Positions 29,394-40,187 of a stretch of 64,000 nt of DNA are shown in pieces (position 1 is the stretch's first letter; the number at the start of each line of letters is the position of its first letter). This DNA is from Catajapyx aquilonaris (taxonomy: Eukaryota): contig JYFJ02000988.1 of assembly GCA_000934665.2 (NCBI GenBank), positions 1 through 64,000 on the forward strand, given 5' to 3'. Under the pieces are notes generated by a model. That model was not told the origin of the DNA, ran no database searches, and was given only the letters and a program-made list of their open reading frames with translations. Both the position numbers and the translations under genes were made by a program.

Positions 29394-29700
29394 TTAACCC
29401 TGGAACCGTGCCGTGTGGTCTTTTTGGACCCCCAAGGAATTAAAATGCATTAAAATGATAATTAAAACGAACTTTTGCCAATTTTTACAGTATATAACAG
29501 GAAGTGCATGTTTATGTTGAATTAGGGATCATTTTAGGCATTGTTCAAAGAATGATTGTATACGATTGTATATCGTATATGTAGTCAATACATTGAAAAG
29601 TGTTATATAATTATTAATAAAAATTAAAATATGGTGGGGTCCGAAAAGACCCCACGGCACGACGGTTGCCGTAACTTTCAGGCACGGCACGGTAAAGACA
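29394..29700. mobile_element. piggyBac-like MITE with degenerate right end
   Basis: Starts TTAA-CCCT. Subterminal inverted repeat 29407-29432 vs 29636-29661 matches at 24/26. The CGGCACGGT motif recurs near 29685, but the terminal GGG-TTAA has decayed. Confidence 0.6.
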
Positions 29701-30381
29701 AGTAAATATGTCAGTTATATGATGACAGGGGGGGATGAGAGACTCTCTCCTTCTCGTCCAAAGGTATACGTGGCATCCTCTCCCAGCATTGGGCCATAAA
29801 AGTTTGAAAACCACTGCCGCGAGGTTTACGCCGTGGCATAGAGCCGTACTCATAGACTATGACAGAATTATTGATCAGAGGGATTCAGAGCCACTGGAGT
29901 GCTTTCAGAAAGTGCAGGCTCCACGCGGATCTAAATCAGCCATTGCTGCTACTTCCTCCAACTAATAAACCCTATAGGTTATAAACCCCGACCTTTATAC
30001 TTTGACCTCAACCGGCACGACGAAAATTGAATCATGATGCTTAATTTTGTACCAGAACCAAAGACCACAACGCTTATTTTTGGTTTCTTATATTCACACT
30101 ACATTACTAGTGACTAATTAAAATCATTTATAATAAGAGCGAATATCATCATGTGTGTCGCCATAAAATGTACAGCATTACTTTTCTCAATAATGATATG
30201 ACGTTACAGTAAGGGCCCCTCATTTTTGTTGAACGTCGTGTGAAAATAGAGGTAAATATAATAATTATATTTGTAAATCCTTGAACTGCAAATTATTACA
30301 AACTACCCTGACTGAAAGTCTATTTTGGTCCCCTGGAGATTCCAATTACGTACCGTGACTTATATAAAATTTGTTGCATTA

Positions 30382-30383
<2 letters not shown>

Positions 30384-30461
<78 letters not shown>
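30384..30461. repeat. (ATT)26 microsatellite
   Basis: Perfect ATT run of 78 bp; explains the poly-Ile ORF 30320-30502. Confidence 0.97.
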
Positions 30462-30463
<2 letters not shown>

Positions 30464-30860
30464 GTCGTGCTGTTTAACTTGCGTTAGCATGGTATGCCAC
30501 AAATGGCATGACTGTTACTGAACGTACTTCTTAGCGACATGTGGTCAATGCAGTATCATAATTTTTAGTGGCTCTTCGTACCCACCAAAGTACACTGACC
30601 TTTCCAAACACGCCTTTCATGTGGTGGTTTAATATAAGCCGGCCCCTTTGCTAATGGACCCGTTTGTTATTAATAAAATATGCTTGCACCATGAATGCAT
30701 TTTTTATGGATCGTGATATGAGCAGGCTGCACGTTTATTTGCTAATGTTCAGTGTATTATGACAAATAATTGAGCAATTTAAGCTCAAGATTTAATTTGC
30801 GTTGTATACTCCTACAAGTATGGCTTTATTTACAGCAAAAACACGATTCGTATCGAGCGG

Positions 30861-30941
30861 GTAGACATGGCAACCCCGCATCTGCGAAGGGGGTCGAGCA
30901 TCCTATGACGTCACGGACAGCTCATTTCAAAAGATGGCGGC
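30861..30941 (+). promoter_or_regulatory. Sep2 proximal promoter motifs: X-box-like, CRE, YY1/Pho
   Basis: GTAGACATGGCAAC (30861-30874), TGACGTCA (30906-30913) and AAGATGGCGGC (30931-30941, overlapping the ATG). Confidence 0.45.
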
Positions 30942-30963
30942 TGTCGAGGTGGACCGGTCTCAC
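30934..30963 (+). CDS. Sep2: Septin-2 (SEPT6/8/11 group) exon 1
   Basis: AAG-ATG-G context; encodes MAAVEVDRSH, then a phase-0 GTAAGC donor; joins exon 2 in frame. Confidence 0.8.
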
Positions 30964-31304
30964 GTAAGCTCCAACCAAAATTTCCCCCAAAACTCTCCGT
31001 CACTTCTTCTTAGCTCACTGTCGCTCCAGTCCCCACCCCAGGGGCGGACCCAGGGGTCTCGAGAAGGCTCGACCGTCTTCAGGGGCGGGCCAGATGCAGC
31101 AAGGCGGTGAGACGGGGGGGAATCGAACAAAATTAGTGGGCGTTGCCCCCCTCTCTGCCGTCTCCCGACCTCTGACTTTTAAAAAAAATCTCTTGTAGAA
31201 TACAGATGAGAACCGTACTTGTTGTGTTGTTTTTTTACTTTATGAAGAATATTGTACATTCTTTTAATGCGGGGTTCCGATTTCAGCCCATCAAATCATT
31301 CCAG

Positions 31305-31422
31305 ATCCAGGAGAAGGTGAGGACCCTGCCACTCAGTGGGCACGTCGGGTTCGACTCTTTGCCTGACCAGCTGGTCAACAAGTCGGTGCAGAATGGGTTC
31401 GCATTCAACGTGCTGTGCATCG
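31305..31422 (+). CDS. Sep2: Septin-2 exon 2
   Basis: [40 protein letters not shown], the SEPT6-group N-terminal motif. TTCCAG acceptor (in-frame alternatives start at 31287 and 31311). Phase-1 GTAATG donor. Confidence 0.92.
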
Positions 31423-32126
31423 GTAATGACCATTTTCTTGTATCGGTAGTACGTAATTGTGAGGTTCTTTTGCACAGCCCACAATAGATCGGAAAAAGCA
31501 TTGGCTTAAAAGTATTCGTATGGTTTCGTGTTCAGAGTAATTAATGCTCATTCGAATGTCAAGGAATGTGAAGCACTGGCAATTGCGAAGGGAAAAATGT
31601 GGCCAACTTCTGGTTAGTTTATGACACAAGTTGCCACGTTACAAGTTATATTAGTAAATGCTCATTATTAAGAATGTAAAGTTGACCAAAAATGTCCTGT
31701 GAATGTCAGTAAATGAGCTGTAAGAAATCAACTGAAAATACCAGGGCATATAAAGTCACTTATGAAACCAGCAGGGTGACTCAGTCACGAACAGTTCAAA
31801 GTATTTTGAGTGAGAGTGACAGTCACTGTTTCGCTTATGATGAGCAGCAGCCACCAAAACTCCTTCTAACTGTTTGTGATCTAAAGTTGTTCTGCAGGTC
31901 TTGAACTCAGGCTTTTTATATTTTTTATATTTATATTTTATTTACCCCATCGAGAGGTCAGCGCAGTGTTCGAAACTGAGATGCATGAGCAGGTCACCAG
32001 TGGCATCTGAAACGTAGGTTAAGGTCGCCGAAACTTGAATTATTTTTTGGTATTACTGTTCCATAGCGCAAACTGAATTGTGTAGGACTATAGACTGTAG
32101 CGTCAACATTAATATGTTTCACAATT

Positions 32127-32698
32127 TAAGACGTTAGTTGCTGAAGGGCCCAACTTTTGGAAAAGCTGTTTTATTGTGGATTCATACTCTTGGAGTCAGG
32201 CCTCACAGCCCTGGTGAAGATGAAGCGCCAAAGTCAACCAGAAGTGCCTTAAAATGGAATGTGATGCTCTTCAGTCCATTGCCTACAGCAGGAGTTGGGC
32301 CCTTTGGCAACTGACTGTACCTGTATGTAGATTAGATTGTGATTGATGCTAATAGTAATTAATATAGGATGGAAATAAAAATTGCCACACCTGTACTACT
32401 TTACGAATATGATGTGTTCAGATATGGGTAGGCATGACTATACCACGGAAATTTGCAACAAGAACTTATGCTTCAGACGTTCAGTGGCATAGGGCCCAAC
32501 TCCACTGATTTTGACCTTCAATAGACACTGACCTGTAGCTTTCTAGTATATGAGATCTATGGCACTAGGTGTGTATCATGATGTCCTATTAGCATTATAG
32601 ACCACGAAACTCTACATGGAGCAATTACGCATGCAGTTTTTATTGCCTCCTGAAAAATTTACCTCATGGAGTTGGGCCTTTTAGCAAATAACTTCTTC
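32127..32698. mobile_element. Degenerate TIR element(s), possibly Sola-like, in Sep2 intron 2
   Basis: Four copies of an AGACGTTAGTTGC..AGGGCCCAACTCC-type arm in L-R-L-R orientation (about 32127, 32291, 32475, 32669). Outer flanks are AATT and AATG. Confidence 0.5.
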
Positions 32699-34775
32699 AA
32701 TGAAGAAGCACATTTTACCAATTACTCTTTTATAAACATGTGAACTGCAGTAATACATGCTTTACTAAATTTGTCCCTGATTTACAGACGCAGGCTTTCT
32801 GCAGTGTAATGCACAAACTGTTTAGCCAATTTATGATTCATGTACAATATGTCTCAAGAGCGTCAGCAGGAAATTAAAAAAAAATGCTGCATGTAGCAGG
32901 AATGCGAGTAGGCCTAATAATTGACAGAAATGCAACATTGGGAGGGAAAGCATATTGATTTGGTCGCCAATGGATAACTTCAAGTCACAAAATGCGACTG
33001 TTGTTGTAACATCCACTCATTTTATCTTCGACCTACCAAATAGGAAAATCTTGATCTGATTCCTAGAAAGGAAATTCCACTCGTGAAAGTGTAATTTTAT
33101 ATTTCTTAAGGGATTTAAATTTGATGCAATATTGTCTTTCTACTGTGATACATTGGTTGGTCATTAACCTTTGAGTTTCTTTCCCCCTTGAAATACACCT
33201 CAAGTGCTTGATAACTGAAGCTAATATTAACCAGTGCCAAATGGCCACCATCTGCACTTTTATATGAATTTATGGTCTTGTTTTTTAAGGCCTTCTGAGA
33301 CATCACATTTCATGACTGAACTATTTGGAATTTTTGTGCCTTTGCTCAATTTAAAGCTTGTATCACTGTCACCAAGAACACTGCACGTTGTATGCATAAT
33401 AACATGCATGCCCAAGCCATGATAAGATAGCCTATCTTCAGTTGACAAGAGAAAAATTCACATTTTTGTGTAGATCCCAGGCAGTTGTTGTGTTTCGTAA
33501 ATTCTTGATGCCATTGTCTCTTAACAACTTTATGACTAAATTGTAATGGAATGTTTGTCATTCCAAGGACATCAAGGTCCCATTTTTTACCAGCAAGAGA
33601 AATTTTCTTCTAATTCCAATCTGTAAAGGCAGGCATGAGCTAGGAAATGCGTTGTGATGTCAGGTTGAAAAGTTGAAGAAATAGGATGTTCCTGCAGCCA
33701 TCCATCTCCATCAGTCTTAGTTCAAATCCTGTCCAAATGTGACATCCACTTACCCTTGGGTGTGGCATATTGGATGTCGCTTGGGAATGGGCTGGTGGGA
33801 GAAGTACAATATTCTTTCCTGAGTTGCAGCTGCATTTCTGCCCTCTGTCTCTATGATTTGAGCTACAATTCAAACAGTGCTTGAATGGGGGAAAGGCACG
33901 GTAGTTTTTTTTGTTGTGGGTGTGTAAGTCTGGTCCTTTGATTTAGGCCCAGATATGTGCAAGAAAAGTCATGAAGAGCAAGGCCTTTTTTTTGTTGATG
34001 CAGTCCCAGATGCTGGGAAGCTTTTTGCCACTTGGACATTCTTGAATGTTTTTATGTTCTAATGGTTTGTTTTTCTCTCGCTGTGCAACAATCTTGATAA
34101 TTTGCCTAATTTTTCATATAAATGAACTTGGAAATAAGGAATATCATACTTGTCCAAGTTAGTCTAATTTTGGGTTTGAGTAATTTCAAAAAGTCTATAA
34201 TTATATTGTACATGACATTTGTCCCACAGTAAATGTCATGTTGATAGTTATGGTGTGAGGTTTTCCTCCCTCTAAACTTTTACTCTTGGGCTGGCCCATG
34301 CTGAATTCCTCAGCATGCTTATTAATTGCATCTTTTGGCGATTTTATGTCATCATAAATACTGGTTACTTAGCTAATTGATAAGCAGGTTCATTTTGTAA
34401 GCACCTGTCCAACTACACAATGTGCATGTTACATATTGTTGCCCTCTATAGGGGTTTCTCCTGGGCATGCTTTGCAATTTTCACTTCACCTTCAACTGCC
34501 ATGGCATTGTAAAACTGGTGCATAGTAATGCCTGATATGTAGATTAAAACTGAAACTGGCATTGTCATATACACAGGTTCTCTGTAAGGATCATATTTCA
34601 GATATTGCTTGCGAGTTGGGTCTCCACAACATGATCAAACTCATAATGCGTGTATCTCGAGATGTCTGTTAAAAAGAGCAGCAATCACTTCAATGGTTTC
34701 TTATGTTCTACTTCTAATAATACAATCTGCAATGTGACGACTCAATCTCTAACGTCATTCTTATTGTGATTGCAG

Positions 34776-35023
34776 GTGAGACGGGCCTGGGGAAGTCGAC
34801 CCTTATGGACTCTCTCTTCAATACGAACTTTGAGGCTGTTCCTTCCCCCCACTCCCTCCCGACTGTGAAGCTGAAGGCCCACACCTATGAACTGCAAGAG
34901 ACCAGTGTCCGTCTTAAATTGACAATTGTTGACACTGTTGGATATGGAGACCAGGTCAACAAGGAGGATTCCTTCAAGGCTGTTGTTGATTACATTGATG
35001 CACAGTTTGAGGCATACCTTCAG
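34776..35023 (+). CDS. Sep2: Septin-2 exon 3 (G1 P-loop, switch I, G3)
   Basis: [17 protein letters not shown]...[12 protein letters not shown]...QFEAYLQ; TGCAG acceptor, GTACAC donor; phases consistent. Confidence 0.97.
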
Positions 35024-35151
35024 GTACACTTGGTTTTTACAGGCAGTGGCATTGTTTCTCTGTACATGTCCATTTTGATCTCATCAGGGAGTGTAGTAGT
35101 GGAATGTATTTTACACATGAATGGGATAGTCACAACTGTGTTGATCCTCAG

Positions 35152-35352
35152 GAGGAATTGAAGATCAAGCGCTCTCTGTCAGCCTACCATGATGCTCGTA
35201 TTCATGCATGCTTGTACTTCATCTGCCCCACTGGACATGGGCTCAAGTCTCTGGATCTCGTCTGCATGAAGAAGCTTGACACCAAAGTTAACATAATCCC
35301 CATCATTGCAAAGGCTGACACCATCTCCAAGGCGGAACTGCAAAAGTTCAAG
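35152..35352 (+). CDS. Sep2: Septin-2 exon 4 (G4 AKAD)
   Basis: EELKIKRSL...[57 protein letters not shown] acceptor, GTTAGT donor. Confidence 0.97.
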
Positions 35353-36139
35353 GTTAGTTGGCAAAGGCAGCTTAATTCTCTTGCTGAGGAGAATTGGAGC
35401 AGTTTATTATAAACAAACTTGTAAGTTTAAAAGTAAGCAGTTTGAGATGGAAGCTGTATGGAGTAGGAAAACTATTCCAAAGTAGTGCTTGCTTGGAAAC
35501 TAATTAGAGTGGAACTTGAGTAATATGTGCTTGGAGAGGGAAGGAAAACACTTGAAACTAATGAAGTCACTCTAGTGATATGAAGTGAACTTTTGTTTAT
35601 TGCTGAAATCTTTTTAATGACTTTCTGATAGGGTGGAACTTGTGCAAGTTTTCAGTGCAGCAAAGCAACTAACTTATAAGTTCATTGCAATAAAAGTTTT
35701 GTAAAGGAAGTTTCCTTATGTACAGTATGTAAGACTGGGACATATTTTTCAGCTACATAATGTAATTAAACAATGGCATACCTATACCATGAAATAAGGT
35801 TTGTTTTGTATCTCATCAGGCGAACACAACTTATATGATAAGTTCCACTCTCATGACCACCTTATCTCACTCTTCGTTGGAGGTGGGTTTTCATTCTGCC
35901 CCAAAAGAACACTCGTACGTTAGCAGCAACGTCTTTAGTTCTATTTTTGCTTATTGAGGTAGGAGAGAGCACTACTCATACACAGATAAAATTGGTTTCC
36001 ACAGCAATAGTGTGAATAGGCTGAATCGTACTAGTTAGTATATGATTCCTTCCCAGTCTTATGGATGTATTTTTAAGTAGGACAAGTCAGCTATGAGCTC
36101 ATAATTATCCTGTGATTTTCCTTTTGTTCCTCACATCAG

Positions 36140-36332
36140 GACAAGATAATCGCAGAGCTGAAGGGTAATGGAGTGCAAATCTACCAGTTCCCTACCGACG
36201 ATGAGACTGTTGCTGCTGCTAATTCTTCCATGAATGCCCATGTTCCTTTTGCGGTGGTTGGCAGCACTGACTTTGTAAGAGTCGGAAATAAGATGATGAG
36301 ATGCAGGCAGTATCCATGGGGAACAGTACAAG
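36140..36332 (+). CDS. Sep2: Septin-2 exon 5
   Basis: [24 protein letters not shown]...[31 protein letters not shown], including the start of the septin unique element; ATCAG acceptor, phase-1 GTGAGG donor. Confidence 0.96.
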
Positions 36333-36449
36333 GTGAGGGGGAATAGTTTTATGAAAAGTTAAAACTGTTGAGAATATGCCACAGTGACTGAAATTTTGCA
36401 GTTAGGCAATTTACTTTTATTAGCTTGTGATGACTAAACTTTTTTACAG

Positions 36450-36577
36450 TGGAAAATGAGAGTCACTGTGACTTTGTTAAGCTACGTGAGATGCTGATCC
36501 GCACCAACATGGAAGACATGCGTGAGCAGACACACATCAAGCATTACGAATTGTACCGGAAGAACAGGCTTGAGCAG
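36450..36577 (+). CDS. Sep2: Septin-2 exon 6
   Basis: (V)[42 protein letters not shown] (septin unique element); TTACAG acceptor, GTAAAA donor. Confidence 0.96.
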
Positions 36578-37482
36578 GTAAAATTAAGAGTGGTGGGCAT
36601 ACAAGAGAAACATGAATCAGGATTAAGCAAATTTGTGTTGTGGCACATTATATTGTAAAATTTAAGAGGCTGGTAATGACTGAAGTGACTGACTGTAGTT
36701 AATTCAGAGTAAGGCTCCTGCAGTTCAACTTTGAAGTGGGTCTGATTTTTTGTGAGATCTTTCATGGCGAAAGGAGCCTTCAGCAATTTTCTTCCTGTTG
36801 AGTGGATGGGGTGGGTAGAAGCAAGGTCACATCTGGGTTGAACCAGTTGACACAGCTGCCTTGCTGCTGGTGAGACTGGATGCATACTCAAGGGGTATAG
36901 GTATACCCTACCTTGCTACTCGCTACTAATAGTACAGCAGATTCCAATCCAGCTCACAGGCATAAAGTGAATATTACCAAAAAGTGTATCTCACAAGAGT
37001 TTTGCTCCACCCTGACGCAGGAGCTGGCCCCAGCATTGCCTGTAGCTTTGGTTGGTCGTCCCTCCTCCTTGCCCTGCAGATCCTTCTCACCAGTATCATC
37101 ATCCTTCCCCTCCAACAGGTCTTTAATAAAGGTGTGTCAATTCATCTAATATTAGTGGGCAATATTTTTGATAGCCCTAAAAGTAAGTACCGGTATTGTC
37201 AATAAGCAGCTGATTGGTGTTGAAAGAATTACAAATTGAAACAGGAAATTTAATTAGAATACCCTGGTACTGAGACAAAACTATTACTCATACTTGCATG
37301 ATGCAGTTTATATTACAAATAAACTGCATCTTATTTGGAAGTGAGAGACATTCATGCCATTCCCTTGTAAGTTCGGACAGAGCTATACTAGCCCATAGCC
37401 CAAATCCCAAACCTCTCAAATGTTGAAACTAAGGTGAGTTTACATACAGTGTATGTTAAACTTACAGTTAGTATAGTTAAGG

Positions 37483-37732
37483 CAGTGGCGTAGGCAGGGG
37501 GGGGGGCCCGGGGGGGCCGGGCCCCCCCCGAAATGTTAAGAAAAAGCAATAAATGCATTACATTATGTAACAGTAAAGAAAATTTTCGCGGTTTATGAAA
37601 TCCTCTCCCTCCCCTCTCCGACTCGAATACTGTTATGATACGTCAAAAAAGTCTTACAATAGGTTACAATATTATGAAACGGACCGATCGGCCATGGGCC
37701 CCCCCCGAAAAAAATTTCTGCCTACGCCACTG
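37483..37732. mobile_element. 250-bp MITE with perfect 15-bp TIRs in Sep2 intron 6
   Basis: CAGTGGCGTAGGCAG ... CTGCCTACGCCACTG, flanked by the direct repeat GTTAAGG (37476-37482 and 37733-37739). Confidence 0.9.
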
Positions 37733-37943
37733 GTTAAGGACATGTGAATATAACTTGTCGTCGGTGATCGTGCAAAACCTCGTATGTTCCATTGGTTTTT
37801 GCAGGAGATACGAGGTTTTGCATGATCACCGACGTTGTATAATGCATTATACCAACTGCGAGCTGTTTTTGCACATTTTGTTAAGTCTGAAGTATTTTTA
37901 ATAACCAAATGAATATTTTTAAATATGCCTTCCAATTTTTTAG

Positions 37944-38297
37944 ATGGGTTTCAGTGATGTGGATGCTGAAAACAAGCCAGTGAGCTTCCAGCAGACGTTT
38001 GAGCAGAAGAGAAGCACACATCTGCAGGAGCTGCAACAGAAGGAGGAAGAGATGAGGCAGATGTTTGTAGCCAGGGTCAAGGAGAAAGAGGCGGAGCTGA
38101 AAGACTCGGAGAAGGAACTACATGCCAAATTCGACAAGTTGAAACGGGAGCATGTTGATGAGAAGAAAAAGATGGAGGAGGCTAAGAAGAAGCTGGAGGA
38201 TGAGGTTGCAGAATTCCACAGAAGGAGAGCACAGTTCCAGCAGACAAGTAGTGGAGGTCACCATACTCTTACTCTTGGAAAGAGTAAGAAGAAGTAA
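37944..38297 (+). CDS. Sep2: Septin-2 exon 7 (C-terminal coiled coil, stop)
   Basis: [23 protein letters not shown]...[21 protein letters not shown]...[21 protein letters not shown] acceptor. The spliced CDS totals 1272 nt (423 aa). Confidence 0.96.
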   Translation: MGFSDVDAENKPVSFQQTFEQKRSTHLQELQQKEEEMRQMFVARVKEKEAELKDSEKELHAKFDKLKREHVDEKKKMEEAKKKLEDEVAEFHRRRAQFQQTSSGGHHTLTLGKSKKK

Positions 38298-38760
38298 TCA
38301 ATTTGCCAAGTGGCACAATTATTCTCCAAACTGTTGGAAAAGAACAGGATGAAATGTACTTGCAACAATCCCTCATTTCTTCAGGTCTTCCATCCTGGTT
38401 TACAGAAATTTTCCTTCGCTCTTGTAACGAACAATATTTTATCCACATTTACATACCAAAAAATTTATGCCTTAATAGTATTAATAGGTCTTTTATAGTT
38501 ACCAGTAATGTTTAGGGAAAGGTGCTTCTCTGTAATTGCATGAGACTGAAGAAAGAAGATCTAATGTTTGACATCTGTTAGGCAAGCACTTGACATTTGT
38601 AAATCTAAATGACCTCACTTGCAGAAATTGAATATTGCATTTAAGTTACAAATGACAGGTCAGATTTTTATATTTCCTTCGAAAGGCAAGGTGATTGAGC
38701 GACTTTTCTTCCTGTCCTATAATTTTGGGATCATTGTATGTGTAAGAAGTGTGTTTAGGT

Positions 38761-38766
38761 AATAAA
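38761..38766 (+). terminator. Probable Sep2 polyadenylation signal
   Basis: First AATAAA I found after the stop codon, followed by T/GT-rich sequence. Confidence 0.5.
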
Positions 38767-38943
38767 ATGTTTGTACATCATATTATTTTGTACTCTTGAT
38801 AATAACCCAGAAAATATCGATTGCAGATTCTAGCAGTGTCCTTCACGTTGGCTACAGGTGTATGTAAACAGTTGCATTGCTATGGGCTTGGAGAATTCGT
38901 TTTAATTAGGCTAATGCAAAAAGAATTGGCAACTGTTATGTTT

Positions 38944-39182
38944 TCATATAGGCCGCCTGCCCGTACTTTGACCCTATGTTGTCGTTTTATTTACTGACTT
39001 CTAGTCAACGGAAATCTGCCAAACACACCCCTGGAACTTCCCACTTTTCAAGTTTTCAAGAGGAAAAGTGTGAGGTTCCAGGGGTGTGTTAGTCAGATTT
39101 TTGTTGACTAGGAGTCAGTAAACAAAACAATGACATAAGTCGTAAGGTAAATGTAAGTGCAGTATGATATATGCCTATATGA
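38944..39182. repeat. Long foldback inverted repeat (probably MITE-derived)
   Basis: Arms at about 38975-39049 and 39063-39137 are roughly 85% complementary with a 13-nt loop; outer 10-bp IR TCATATAGGC/GCCTATATGA. Confidence 0.85.
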
Positions 39183-39199
39183 TAGCAGATATTTAATAA

Positions 39200-39280
39200 T
39201 ACGGTAGAACCCCGATTATTATCTGTCACCCACAGGTCTGGGACATGGTCGGAACACAGAAAACGTTGGATGATAATAAG
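39200..39280. mobile_element. Orphan pogo/Tigger-like left end
   Basis: TA-CGGTAGAACCCCGATTA resembles TA-CAGTAGAACCCCG-type termini; no partner end found. Confidence 0.35.
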
Positions 39281-39504
39281 AGGAGCAAAAAAACTTCAAT
39301 GAAACCCACCAAAAAAATGGAAAAGCATGAAATACTGTGTTATGGTTTTCCAAGAAATAGTGGTGTTTATCTTAATTACATGCACAGTCAACTGTACTGT
39401 ATTTACAATATTATTGAATTACAGCAGCACAAAACTGAATACATATGTAGTACAGTACAATATTTGATGAGAAAACATTATTACTGGTGGAAAAAAGTAT
39501 TTTA

Positions 39505-40187
39505 CTGTAAAACCTTGATATAACCAGTGCCGGATTTACCCCTCGGTTGCCCTTAGGAAGTTGAGATCCTGCTACCCACCCCCTCCCTTGCATGCCACTT
39601 AAACATTCAATATTTCTCCTGTGTTCTCTCCTTCATTTAATTTTATCGTATTTAAAACAATTTATATTGCAACTTACGGCTGCCTCCGGTGGGCAATTGC
39701 CTTTTCTGCCTATTGATAAATCTGGCGCTGGATATAACTCTTCAAGGGACTGACAAGTAGTGTTATAAGTGGGAATTATTTATGTGTGGGAAATGAAATT
39801 TAATTCGCCCTTTACACTCAGGAAATGAATGCCTGCACTCTTGCTCTGTAGATGGAAGCCTGTAGGCCACATTCACCTGATCTAACCTGCCCACATGCTA
39901 TGTAGGCCACAAAAATATACTCTGAAGAACCCATGAAACAATAGTGACTAACCAGAGTCATAGTTCACATGTGCAACTATTGGTGCAAGGTCCACTTCCA
40001 TACACTATCCCACAGTGGCTGTCATACGTACCTCCAAAGTGCAAGGGGGAGAAAAAAAAAATGTCCTGATATTCAGCCCTTGTTGTCAATTGCTCGTCAC
40101 TCTCATGGGGCTGATCAAAGGGCCGGAAAAAAGGTGTTCAAAGCGGGATAGCTTTATGTGTGGGAGTGTTGTATCGAGGTTTAATTG
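39505..40187. mobile_element. pogo/Tigger-like non-autonomous element with TA target duplication, interrupted by a hAT MITE
   Basis: Left end TACTGTAAAACCTTGATATAAC vs reverse complement of right end TACAATTAAACCTCGATACAAC (17/22). A direct subterminal repeat CAAGGG...TGTT..AAG.GGGA...TTTATGTGTGGG occurs near both ends. Confidence 0.65.
39525..39730. mobile_element. hAT-type MITE (206 bp) with 8-bp TSD
   Basis: TIRs CAGTGCCGGATTTA / TAAATCTGGCGCTG (12/14). Exact 8-bp duplication GATATAAC at 39517-39524 and 39731-39738. Confidence 0.88.

Noticed and set aside
30320..30502. Poly-Ile ORF
   Set aside because: Translation of the ATT microsatellite.
31039..31093. Two CAGGGGCGG(A/G)CC motifs in Sep2 intron 1
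   Set aside because: Could be GC boxes or hAT-like ends, but no inverted partner or TSD was found.
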